IMG/VR virus record: IMGVR_UViG_3300031565_014867
Location: 17,783-81,782 of that record
Strand: one strand, 5' to 3'
DNA: 64,000 bases
From: a virus
Shown here: piece by piece, positions 1-8,656 of the stretch
How the letters are laid out: each line of letters starts with the position of its first letter
Position numbering within the stretch: the stretch's first letter is position 1
The notes under the pieces: generated by a model
Told to the model about the DNA's origin: nothing
Database searches by the model: none
The model's input: the letters and a program-made list of their open reading frames with translations, nothing else
Made by a program: the position numbers and the translations under genes

Positions 1-51
1 TCCGATTGGAGGGATGTGACAAGGGGAAGGAGAGGAGGAGGGATCGCGAGA

Positions 52-810
52 CTACGATTGGCTCTCGCGGCTGATGGTCGGCTCGACGGCATTGCACCGG
101 CCGCTGACCGAAACGGTTGCCTCGCCCAGGTCGAACTCCTTGCTGTCAGCGCGGAAGTCGGGGAAGATCGAGATTTCCATGTCGGCACCGCCGCAGGGCG
201 GGATGTGCTCGACTTCGACGTCCACGGCGAAGGGTTCACACGGGTCGGCCGAACTGCTTACCCACTCGGCGGCCCCGCCACGACCCTTGATGGCATCCAT
301 CGGCGTGATGGCCTCGCCCGTGCCGGTGGTGACAAACTCGTAGACGAAGTCGAGGTTCACGTCCATCGGCACCTGATTGCCTTCGCGCACGGTGTCCAAC
401 TGACCGCGATCCAGTTCGTACTCGTACTCCGAATTCTCGGTGTACGTCAGGTTTCCGTCGCCGACCTTCACGTCAATCTGCTGTGGCAGGAACGTAATCA
501 CGGCATCATCGACCGGGATGCCGTCGGCGGTGGCCAGTGCCGGCGTGAACTCGATGTTCGTGGTCGTTGCGCTGCCATCGGCGGGCGTGCGGCCGGTGAC
601 GGTGTAGGTCACGTCGGTCGCGCCGACGACGGTGAATCGGGCTCCGATCGGAACCACGTCGGTCCCCAGCTTGCCGTTGACGACGATGGTGTCGATGTCA
701 AAATCCGTGTCGCCGTCAGCAGGCGGCGTGGTCGATTCGTTGACGGCGGCCGTGCCGCTGAAGCCGTCAAGAATTCTGATTGTAGCGTGTCTCAACTCTA
801 TACGCGCCAT
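52..810 (-). CDS. Putative major tail (tube) protein
   Basis: Acidic, beta-rich 252-aa protein downstream of neck genes; AGGAG RBS before the ATG at 810 (MARIELRH). Confidence 0.65.
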   Translation of the reverse strand: MARIELRHATIRILDGFSGTAAVNESTTPPADGDTDFDIDTIVVNGKLGTDVVPIGARFTVVGATDVTYTVTGRTPADGSATTTNIEFTPALATADGIPVDDAVITFLPQQIDVKVGDGNLTYTENSEYEYELDRGQLDTVREGNQVPMDVNLDFVYEFVTTGTGEAITPMDAIKGRGGAAEWVSSSADPCEPFAVDVEVEHIPPCGGADMEISIFPDFRADSKEFDLGEATVSVSGRCNAVEPTISRESQS

Positions 811-832
811 TACTACATCTCCTGTCAAGAAA

Positions 833-1678
833 CTAGAGGTAACAAGTTCCGTGTGGCCAATTGCCAGACTTAGCGTGTTGCTGAAGACGCCATCTAAGTG
901 TGCTGTAATTCACACCCAAGGCTTCAGCAGCTTCTTTGACACAGCCATACTCGGCTCCATCCACAAGGACACGTTTTGCGCGGTGGGACTTTGTGCCCTT
1001 GCGTGATTCACTCATGCGACGGCGGGCTTGAGGCGAAGCCTTCCGCCCCTTTGAAGCCAAACCGATTTGTCGGCCATGTTCCTTTCGATCAAAAGGCTCA
1101 TAAGTAGCTTTGCCGCTCTCGACAAGTCGCCGCACTGTTTCACGGGACACTCCGAGACCTTCTGCTGCATCCTTCATGCAACCATATCGAACACCGTTCA
1201 GAACGGCGGATTTGGCACACGGATGGTCCGCGCCCCGCCCGTTCATCTCGCGAAGGCGAGTAAGCACTTCCGGGCTGCATTCTCTTCCTTTGCAGGCTTC
1301 ACTGATCTTTCGGCGGGTTTCCTCAGAATGCGGGCCAAGCTCGCTTCCGCTGTGAGCTTCACTCATCCTCCGTTTGGTTCCATCCGACGCTTGCCACCCA
1401 AGCGATCCATCACCACCCAGCGTTAGGTTGTACCCAGATGGTGCGAAGGTGTCTAAAGCGAGGACTGTACGGTACTCCATCATCTTGGCCCATCGATCAT
1501 CTCCCTCGTACCAAGGTTCAAATAGCAGGCTGTTGATTCCGTACTTCTGGATCGCTTGATAAACAAGTTGTGAACCATGCCCTGAGATGTGCTCTCGACA
1601 ACGTCTCTCAAAGTCGACAGTAGCACCGACATACTGCTCACCAGTGATGAGGTTCGTTATGACGTAGACCGTCGTCAT
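833..1678 (-). CDS. Free-standing GIY-YIG homing endonuclease with NUMOD3/HTH-type DNA-binding repeats
   Basis: VYVITNLITGEQYVGAT..R..EH, GYNLTLGG, HSEETRRKISEA, two YGCxKxAAExLGV HTH repeats; lower GC; ATGA overlap with the upstream stop. Confidence 0.88.
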   Translation of the reverse strand: MTTVYVITNLITGEQYVGATVDFERRCREHISGHGSQLVYQAIQKYGINSLLFEPWYEGDDRWAKMMEYRTVLALDTFAPSGYNLTLGGDGSLGWQASDGTKRRMSEAHSGSELGPHSEETRRKISEACKGRECSPEVLTRLREMNGRGADHPCAKSAVLNGVRYGCMKDAAEGLGVSRETVRRLVESGKATYEPFDRKEHGRQIGLASKGRKASPQARRRMSESRKGTKSHRAKRVLVDGAEYGCVKEAAEALGVNYSTLRWRLQQHAKSGNWPHGTCYL

Positions 1679-2175
1679 GTGGTCACCATGAGGTGCATTC
1701 TGTACCGGGCATCGACGGCGCTCTGGCGGAGCCGATCGTCGCGGCTGATCTGTCCGAAGTGAATCACGCGGATCGCATCCCGCTTGCCGGAGCGGAGCGT
1801 GAGGCAACCGAGTAGCGACTGGTCGTCATCCGGCCCTTCTCCCCACTTCCGCACGGGGATCGGCCCGCCGGCCGCTTGAAGCAACACGCCGGCTTGCTGC
1901 ACGATGTCGTAGGCGTTCTTGGTCTGGCCGCCCATCATGCTCGTCAGCAGCAGGTTCACGTCCACGTCGAGCCGAAAATAGCCCCGGCTGAGTTCCGTTA
2001 CGGCCGGGCCGTTGATGCGGAATTCGACGTGATCGTTCGCCCGCATCTTCTCGGCCTCGCGTTCGTCGAGCCCTTCAATCAGGATGGGCAGTTCGATCCC
2101 GTCGGCCGCCTGCTTGAAGTAGTCGGCGGCCGAGGCGAATATCCATCGCGGCCAGTGCGGGTTGGGGATGCTCAT
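1675..2175 (-). CDS. Putative tail terminator/neck protein
   Basis: 166 aa; lies between the head-closure-like gene and the tail gene; assigned from synteny. Confidence 0.5.
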   Translation of the reverse strand: MSIPNPHWPRWIFASAADYFKQAADGIELPILIEGLDEREAEKMRANDHVEFRINGPAVTELSRGYFRLDVDVNLLLTSMMGGQTKNAYDIVQQAGVLLQAAGGPIPVRKWGEGPDDDQSLLGCLTLRSGKRDAIRVIHFGQISRDDRLRQSAVDARYRMHLMVTT

Positions 2176-2675
2176 TGTCGACTGGCTCCCACCGCGAGGC
2201 TCAACAGGCTATCGGCCGTGACCAGGTGGACTTGTTCGGGCGCACGGCCCATCAGTTCCTTGCCGACGACGATCCATGCCGCACCGAACTCGAATTCCCA
2301 GATGGCCTTGATCTCGTAACGACGGCCGTTGTAGACCAGCCAGTCGTCGCTGGTGAACACAAAGCCATCCGGCATATCACGGGCGTCGATGATGAATTTT
2401 CGTAAGCCGCTATCGAAGCTGCCACCATAGACGAACGCCTTGTTGGCCGAAATCTGCGAGATGCTCTGGATCACCTCGCGGCTGACCTTGACGGGCAAGA
2501 CGACCGCCCGCCGGACGACGAACACGTCCTTGTCGATCTGTTTGCGGCCGGTTCGCACGTCGGTCTCGGTGTCATTGAGACGATAGACGCTCACCGTTCC
2601 TCCGTACTGCCGTTTGAGCGAGTACAAGGTTCGCTGGATCATCCGATTGAGCGTGCGGTCGGCCGGGTACATCAA
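2172..2675 (-). CDS. Putative head closure/head-tail joining protein
   Basis: Beta-rich, with DWLVYNGRRYEIKAI typical of head-closure proteins; downstream of the capsid gene. Confidence 0.55.
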   Translation of the reverse strand: MMYPADRTLNRMIQRTLYSLKRQYGGTVSVYRLNDTETDVRTGRKQIDKDVFVVRRAVVLPVKVSREVIQSISQISANKAFVYGGSFDSGLRKFIIDARDMPDGFVFTSDDWLVYNGRRYEIKAIWEFEFGAAWIVVGKELMGRAPEQVHLVTADSLLSLAVGASRQ

Positions 2676-2678
2676 CGT

Positions 2679-2912
2679 TTACCTGTCCAGGGCCCTTTCC
2701 AGCCGCTGCATAACGACCGTGTTCTGGGCGATCACGGTCGAGCAACGATCGACCAGTGGCAGCAAAACCTCCCGCTGCTCGTCTTCAAGGGTCTCGATCC
2801 GCGCGGCCAGCCGGTCCTCCCGGCGATAATCCCGCCACAGGAAGAAGATCACGGCAATCAACAGCGGCCCGAACTGCTTGAGCAGCCACATCAGGTCCAT
2901 GAAGTTGTCCAC
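2679..2912 (-). CDS. Small single-TM coiled-coil protein, holin-like (BhlA/UviB-like architecture)
   Basis: GTG start at 2912 with GAGGA RBS; QFGPLLIAVIFFLW followed by a charged coiled coil; 77 aa. Confidence 0.5.
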   Translation of the reverse strand: MDNFMDLMWLLKQFGPLLIAVIFFLWRDYRREDRLAARIETLEDEQREVLLPLVDRCSTVIAQNTVVMQRLERALDR

Positions 2913-2965
2913 GGTGCGTTCCTCGACAGCGTTGGAGACAAGACGGGCAGAGCAAGAAATGGGAA

Positions 2966-3016
2966 GGGACGCCCGGCGCGGAACACGACGAAAGCGTGCC
3001 GCACCGGGCAATCCCC
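2966..3016 (-). terminator. Hairpin after the major capsid gene, possible terminator or attenuator
   Basis: GCCCGG..CACG-loop-CGTG..CCGGGC stem followed by a pyrimidine-rich tract on the minus strand. Confidence 0.45.
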
Positions 3017-3034
3017 CGAACGACAAGAAGGCGA

Positions 3035-4447
3035 TCAGCCCTGGAGCACCACGGCCAGGTCCGGGTCGAGGACCGCGACGCCGGCCAGGATGTCCATGTT
3101 GACGACCGTGCCCTGCTTGATGCTGTTGTATTGCATCGTGATACGCATGGCGATGTCGTTGTACGCTGCCACGGCGGCCATCACGCCCATCGACTGGTTG
3201 GGCAACGCCAGCGGCCGGGTGACCAGGGCCAGGGCGTCACGGTGCAACGCGAGGTTCATCGCGCCAGCCGGGCCGGGGAAGGCTAGGTCGTTGTCGGCCA
3301 GGGCGGTTTCGAGCGGGCGGTCGAGCCAGACGACCCGATCGGAGCCCGATGCCTCCGACTCGATCACCGTGTAGGTGTGGCGGCTGCCACCGGTGCCGAA
3401 GGAGACGAGCTGACCGACCTGGAGCGACTGGGTGAAGCCGTCGACCGTGATGCCCTTGGTGTAGTCGGCCGGGTAGTCGCCCTTGACGCTCTGGGCCTTG
3501 TACACGGTGATGGCTGCGCCGGCCTCGGTGGCGAACTTGTTCGCCTCGTGGAGCGTTACGGCCGTCGTGTCGCCAGCGGCGGTCGTGGCCGCGGTCACGT
3601 AGGTAGGCTGGTCGTTGCCTTCGACCACGGCGTACTCACCCGCCTGCGCCTCATAGCCGGTGATGGCCACTGCCTGCGAGCCGGTCGCACCGATGCTCGC
3701 GGCATTGGTCACGGTTCCGGTCGCCACGTCGGACGTGCCTTCGGCGATGTCGTTGACGTTCTGGTCCATCCAGGTGTCGAAGCCGAGGATGCGGCCCAGC
3801 CGGGCGTTTTCCAGGGCCGTTCCGCCATCGCCCCGCTGATCGGCCGCGATGAACAACTCGTTCTTGAGCAGGGCCGTCTCGCTGGCCGAGCCGAGCACCA
3901 GGTTCCGCGCCGTCACCGGGGCCTTGTTGTCGTTGAGCACCTTGCGGGCTTCGAGCAGGTAGTCCTTCGAGTTGTCCTCGTCGAGGTTCAACAACCGCCC
4001 GACTCGCTTGGCCGGACCGCTGAGAAACCGGTGGACCTGACCGAGCACCGCGCGATCGACGCCGCGAGCGATGACTTGCATGGCCGGCAGCAAGTAGATC
4101 GCGACCAATTCCTGGAACGACTTGCTCGCCTCGCCATCCTTGATGACGAACGAGTTGTAGATGTGCTGATCGAGCGGGACCTGCACGTTGGTCGAACGGG
4201 CGTCCTGGGTCTCGACGTCGTCGTCATCCGTCTTGCGGCGAATCTTGAAGCTGGCCGGCTGCCGGGTGTTGACCACGTCGCCGAACTCACGGACCTCGTC
4301 CTCGAAGTCACGGTGGACCATCGCGGCGGCCACCATGTTCTCTTCGAGGATGGCCAGGCCCTCTTGCGCCCATCGCTCGGGAATGTAGGCGTCGTTGTCG
4401 TTGGCGTAGCAGGTGGGCTCCGCCGAGGAAAGGTAGAGAGGATTCAT
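3035..4447 (-). CDS. Major capsid protein (HK97 fold, P22-coat-like) with a beta-rich insertion
   Basis: YIPERW..., GDVVNTRQP, GRILGFDTWM, LALHRDALALVTRPL, DILAGVAVLDP motifs; follows the scaffold; start at MNPLYLS. Confidence 0.88.
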   Translation of the reverse strand: MNPLYLSSAEPTCYANDNDAYIPERWAQEGLAILEENMVAAAMVHRDFEDEVREFGDVVNTRQPASFKIRRKTDDDDVETQDARSTNVQVPLDQHIYNSFVIKDGEASKSFQELVAIYLLPAMQVIARGVDRAVLGQVHRFLSGPAKRVGRLLNLDEDNSKDYLLEARKVLNDNKAPVTARNLVLGSASETALLKNELFIAADQRGDGGTALENARLGRILGFDTWMDQNVNDIAEGTSDVATGTVTNAASIGATGSQAVAITGYEAQAGEYAVVEGNDQPTYVTAATTAAGDTTAVTLHEANKFATEAGAAITVYKAQSVKGDYPADYTKGITVDGFTQSLQVGQLVSFGTGGSRHTYTVIESEASGSDRVVWLDRPLETALADNDLAFPGPAGAMNLALHRDALALVTRPLALPNQSMGVMAAVAAYNDIAMRITMQYNSIKQGTVVNMDILAGVAVLDPDLAVVLQG

Positions 4448-4524
4448 CGTGAGGAGTTCTCCGTTGTGGGGTGTTGCGGCGAGTGCCGCGAAAGGTGGGA
4501 CAAACGAACCCCTGGAAGAAAAGG

Positions 4525-5385
4525 TCAACGGCCGCGCTTCGGTTTCAATCCGAGAAGCTCAGGGTTCTTCTCGCGGATTTCGCGGTACTGCGTGGGAGAC
4601 AGCTTCCGCACGTCGATCTGGCCGTTCGCTCCCGGTGCAAGGCCACCGGTAGCCGAATTTCCGCCGATGCCACTGACGACACCGGATTTGAAGAGGTTGC
4701 CGTACAGGTCGGGCAATTCCTGCATCCGCTTGACCGCGTTCTCGGGCGTGCGCTGGGTCATCACCGACTCGCCCGTTTCGAGGTCGACGTCGGCGAAGTC
4801 GATCATCGGCTCGAACTCGCCGAGCCCGCGCCCCTTCTCGTCGGTCTTCTCGACCATCTTGGTCATGGGTCGCAATAGCGCGATGACCTGCGACGGGTTA
4901 TACGCCTCGTGCGAGACGGCGGCGTCCTGGAGCGCCCGGGAGATCGTCGACTCCATGTAGCGGCGCTCCCAAACCTCGTACTGCTTCTCGGCCTCCGCCA
5001 GTCGCTCGCTGTATTCCTCTTCGAGCTTCTTGCGATCGTGCGCCGCCTGCTGCTCCTTGGTGCGATACTGGGCGCGGAGGTTTTCGAGCGACTCTTCCAG
5101 CTTGTTGCGTTCGTCCTTGCTGAGGCTCTCGTTTTCCAGGAGTTGCTGGTACGACTGCTCCAGCGATTCGTATTTCTCCTGGTGCTTGCGACGGTCACTC
5201 GCCAGGAACTTGTTAACCTCTTCCTGGGTGAACGTCCGATCGCCGCCTTGATCGCCCTGGTCGCCTTGACCGCCATCGCCTCCCTTTTGGTCGGCATTAT
5301 CGGTTTGGCCACCTTCGCCACCGCCGTCGCCTTCGTTGTCGTAGCAGGTCGCCAGTGGGTCGGAGAGGTACAGGTCGCACAACAT
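4525..5385 (-). CDS. Capsid scaffolding protein
   Basis: G/D-rich N-terminus, TFTQEEVN motif, long coiled coil, PDLYGNLFK, Gly-rich C-terminus; directly upstream of the capsid gene. Confidence 0.85.
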   Translation of the reverse strand: MLCDLYLSDPLATCYDNEGDGGGEGGQTDNADQKGGDGGQGDQGDQGGDRTFTQEEVNKFLASDRRKHQEKYESLEQSYQQLLENESLSKDERNKLEESLENLRAQYRTKEQQAAHDRKKLEEEYSERLAEAEKQYEVWERRYMESTISRALQDAAVSHEAYNPSQVIALLRPMTKMVEKTDEKGRGLGEFEPMIDFADVDLETGESVMTQRTPENAVKRMQELPDLYGNLFKSGVVSGIGGNSATGGLAPGANGQIDVRKLSPTQYREIREKNPELLGLKPKRGR

Positions 5386-5402
5386 GGTCACACTTCCTTT
5401 CA

Positions 5403-6857
5403 TCAGGAAACCCTACTCAGTCGAATGGCGTCGTCGTCGCGAAGGAACGGTCGCAGGTATCGCCACGCCAGAGCGTTGGGCACACCGTTGACAATGTGTT
5501 CGATCGGGACATGGGCGCGGGAGTAGGTTGTCCGCACCGACGCATAGCCCTGGGAAACGATTCCCAGGTTCTCCAATTCCAGTTCGGGGTCCTTGCCGTC
5601 GAGCAAGGAATGGGCGATCTCGTAACAGGCGATCCGTATCGCCTCGGGAACCTCCGTGTCGTCACCGCGCGGGAACTCCAGCACTTGCTCGGCCTCGGCC
5701 GCGCGGATCGTCTGATCGCTTGCCCCCGAGCCGAGTGCATGGACCGAGTGTTTTCGGCCCTTGAAGTTCAGCGTGTCGATCACGAGTGTCGCCGCACGCA
5801 ACGCCCTGGGACGATCGATCGGCCTGGCTTGCGACCATGCGTGCTCGTGCAACCGCATGGCGAAGTAGTCCGCCGCTTCCTGGACCGAACCGTAGGTCTC
5901 TTGCGAGATTCCTTTGGGCTTTTGAGGGTCCACGGGCTGCGGAGGGCTCGCCGGACCGATCTTCAACACCTCGGTGGCATCGAATGGAATCCCGTAGATC
6001 ATGCCGCTCGGCGCGAGGACAGCACCTTGCCATTTGTAGGTCCCGGCCAGATTCCCGAAGGTCGACACGGCGTCGATCACCGGATCGATCTTCAGCACCC
6101 CCGTGGCGTTGTAAGGAACTGCGTAAATGCAGCCGTTGGAGGCTACAACGCCGGCGTTCCACTTGTGGGCACCGGGAAGGTCACCGAAGGTCGACGTGGT
6201 GTCGGAGTCCGGATTGATCTTGAGCACCTGGGCAGCGTCTCTCGGAATCCCGTAGATGATCCCGTTCGGCGCCAGGACGCCGAAGGCCCATTTGTTTGTC
6301 TCGGTCCCCAGGCTGCCAAAGGTGGTCGCTGTGTCAGCGGCGGGATCGATCTTCAGAATCGCGGCGTGGTTCTTCGGAATCCCGTAGATACAGCCGTTGG
6401 GCGCCAGAACGCCGTCAAACCACTTGTTTGTCCCGGTAAAGTTCCCGAAAGTGGTCGCCGTGTCGGTGGCAGGATCGATCTTCAGAACTTCGGTGCTGCT
6501 GAACGGAATCCCGTAAATGCAACCGTTCGGTGCCAGAACGCCGCCGAGCCATTTGTTTGTTCCGGGCAGGCTGCCGAATGTGGATATGGTGTCGGTGGCA
6601 GGGTCAATCTTCAGGACCTTGGTGCTGCCGTACGGAATCCCGTAGATACAGCCATTGGGTGCCACAACGCCTGCAGTCCATTTGTGTGTTCCGATCAGTC
6701 CACCAAACAGGGACGCGGTATCGGTGGCCGGATCGATCTTCAACACCTGTGTGGCGTCGTACGGAATCCCGTAGATGCAGTCATTGGAAGCCAGCACGCC
6801 GCCGACCCACTTGTAGGTACCCACGAAGTTCCCGAACGTGGAGAGGGTGTCAGTCAT
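5403..6857 (-). CDS. Seven-bladed beta-propeller fused to a DnaT-like/head-completion domain
   Basis: Seven ~43-aa repeats, Pro-rich linker, then YGSVQEAADYF..W..RALRAATLVID..F.G..Q.LEFPR..VPEAIRIACYEIA..LRPFL. Confidence 0.75.
   Translation of the reverse strand: MTDTLSTFGNFVGTYKWVGGVLASNDCIYGIPYDATQVLKIDPATDTASLFGGLIGTHKWTAGVVAPNGCIYGIPYGSTKVLKIDPATDTISTFGSLPGTNKWLGGVLAPNGCIYGIPFSSTEVLKIDPATDTATTFGNFTGTNKWFDGVLAPNGCIYGIPKNHAAILKIDPAADTATTFGSLGTETNKWAFGVLAPNGIIYGIPRDAAQVLKINPDSDTTSTFGDLPGAHKWNAGVVASNGCIYAVPYNATGVLKIDPVIDAVSTFGNLAGTYKWQGAVLAPSGMIYGIPFDATEVLKIGPASPPQPVDPQKPKGISQETYGSVQEAADYFAMRLHEHAWSQARPIDRPRALRAATLVIDTLNFKGRKHSVHALGSGASDQTIRAAEAEQVLEFPRGDDTEVPEAIRIACYEIAHSLLDGKDPELELENLGIVSQGYASVRTTYSRAHVPIEHIVNGVPNALAWRYLRPFLRDDDAIRLSRVS
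5950..6854 (-). repeat. Seven tandem ~129-bp intragenic repeats encoding propeller blades
   Basis: Unit TFGxxxGTxKWxxGVLAPNGCIYGIPxxxxxVLKIDPATDT; GGAATCCCGTAGAT and GATCGATCTTCA recur in the DNA. Confidence 0.92.
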
Positions 6858-8646
6858 CGACCGGCTCCTTCCCTACACCGCGGGTGCGCTCGGTCGTCGT
6901 GTCGCGGAACGTGGTGTCCCGTGACTGGGCCTTCTCGTCACTGCCGGCACCGGCCGGATCGGTCGAAAGGTCTTTCACACCCCGCGCGGCCGGATCACTG
7001 TCGTCATCGTCGCTGCTCTGCGCCGCAGCGATGCGGAGGATGCGGGCCGTGTGGTCTTCGCGGGCGGTCAGGTGCTCATCGTCGTCGAAGCCGAGGGCGA
7101 CCGACGCCGTCTTCTCGCCGACCAGCCCGGCGTTCTTCGCGTCGATGATGATCTTGGGATCGCTGGTCGTGTAGTGCGAAGCGTCGATTTCGCGGTGGAT
7201 GCGCTCGATCCGTTCGACGCTGACCTTGCCGGCCAACAGCACGGTGACGATGTTCTTGGCGATCTCACGCTTGACCGTTCGGCCCGGCATCTTGTGCATC
7301 AACTTGGCTAGCTTGTCGGCCTCGTCGATCCGCTCCTCGTCCGACTTCAGACTGTAGCGGTCGGGGTACTTGACCGTGGCGACTTGCCTGCGGGCCTGCC
7401 GTCGCTCTTCGTAGGCGGCCCAGAACTCGGCGACCCGCCGCTCGGCGCTTTCGAGCACCAGGCCGATGTACGAGAGGCCCGCTTCGAGCCCCTGGTTGTC
7501 CATCTGCTTCGACTCGGCCGACGCGCGGGTCGCGAGGTTCACCACCGCCAGGTTGACCAGCTTGCGAACGTCCTCCTCCAACTTGCTCTGGAGCTTCAAA
7601 CTGGCTTCGAGCGGCTCCGAGGGTGGTGCGATGAACGCCGGCGCATCGGCCTTGATGTCGTACGCCCGGCCTTGCGTCGAGCCGACCTTGATGTCCGTAT
7701 CGGCCGCGCCCTGACCGCCTTGGGTGGCCGTGCCGTCGGCGCTGGCGGCGACCTTCAAGTGACCGCCGACTGCCCGCAGGTCGCGTTGTTCAATGTAGAA
7801 GGGGAAGTTGGCTTTCAGCGCGTGGTTCACGTCACTGGAACCGAGGTTCAACAAGGCGATCTGGTGTTGGCAAACGTCCTTGATAAGGCTGTCGCCAATG
7901 TCGAGCATCACGAAGGGGATGCGATCCAGTTCGAGCAACACGGGGCCGGCCGGATTGCCGTCGCGGTCGATCGGGTTGCCGTCCGTGTCGTAGAGTTGCA
8001 GGGCTACCTTGCCGGTTTCGGGATCGATCCACAACAGCCGATACCGCTGGAAGGTCTGCGTCGGCAGTCCCGTCCGCTCGTCGAGATCGAGACAAGAATC
8101 CCGCAACAGTAGCGATTGGAACTCGGACGGTTCCTCGGGCTTCGAGCAGGCCCATGACAGAATGTCTTCGACCTGGTAACTGTAGAGGTAGGGCCGGCGT
8201 CCAGTGGCGTCGGCCAGCGTACTGACCCCATCGACAACCGGATGGTCCACGTACACGCCCACGCGGCCCATCACCAGCAGATCGGTCAACACCTTCATGC
8301 CCAGGAAGGAAGTCATCGTCGCGCCCCGGCGATCGACACCGCCTTCCAGCCCGGCCACGGCCTGTTGGTATGCACCGCTGCCACCGGTCCGCAACACGTC
8401 GCTCATGCGTTGATAGATCGAGTTGCGAATGTCGTTCACAGCCGCCTTGGCAAACGCCGGGATCGGCGTGACCGCCTTGCGGCTGTTGAAGTCGCCTTGC
8501 TCTTCCCGTGTACTGAACTGTTCCAGGAACCGATCCCGAAACTCGTCGCCGCCGCGATACGTCAATCGCCACTTCTCCCAGTCCGACATGCAGGACAGGT
8601 AGTTCGGGTGCCGACTGTCGATGATGTTGTGCGAAGACCGTTTCAT
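6850..8646 (-). CDS. Portal protein
   Basis: 598 aa directly after the terminase; HPNY..W N-terminus, GRVGVYVD, LDRIPFV, acidic tail. Confidence 0.85.
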   Translation of the reverse strand: MKRSSHNIIDSRHPNYLSCMSDWEKWRLTYRGGDEFRDRFLEQFSTREEQGDFNSRKAVTPIPAFAKAAVNDIRNSIYQRMSDVLRTGGSGAYQQAVAGLEGGVDRRGATMTSFLGMKVLTDLLVMGRVGVYVDHPVVDGVSTLADATGRRPYLYSYQVEDILSWACSKPEEPSEFQSLLLRDSCLDLDERTGLPTQTFQRYRLLWIDPETGKVALQLYDTDGNPIDRDGNPAGPVLLELDRIPFVMLDIGDSLIKDVCQHQIALLNLGSSDVNHALKANFPFYIEQRDLRAVGGHLKVAASADGTATQGGQGAADTDIKVGSTQGRAYDIKADAPAFIAPPSEPLEASLKLQSKLEEDVRKLVNLAVVNLATRASAESKQMDNQGLEAGLSYIGLVLESAERRVAEFWAAYEERRQARRQVATVKYPDRYSLKSDEERIDEADKLAKLMHKMPGRTVKREIAKNIVTVLLAGKVSVERIERIHREIDASHYTTSDPKIIIDAKNAGLVGEKTASVALGFDDDEHLTAREDHTARILRIAAAQSSDDDDSDPAARGVKDLSTDPAGAGSDEKAQSRDTTFRDTTTERTRGVGKEPVDD

Positions 8647-8656
8647 ATTGGGCTCG

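Noticed and set aside
5950-6854. Regular repeats resembling a CRISPR array or DGR
   Set aside because: In-frame 43-aa coding repeats without unique spacers; no cas or reverse transcriptase gene seen
3377-7148. Long plus-strand ORFs (527 aa, 597 aa) opposite the capsid and propeller genes, and similar shadow ORFs across the window
   Set aside because: Antisense shadows expected from high GC3; no motifs, and the opposite strand carries recognisable genes
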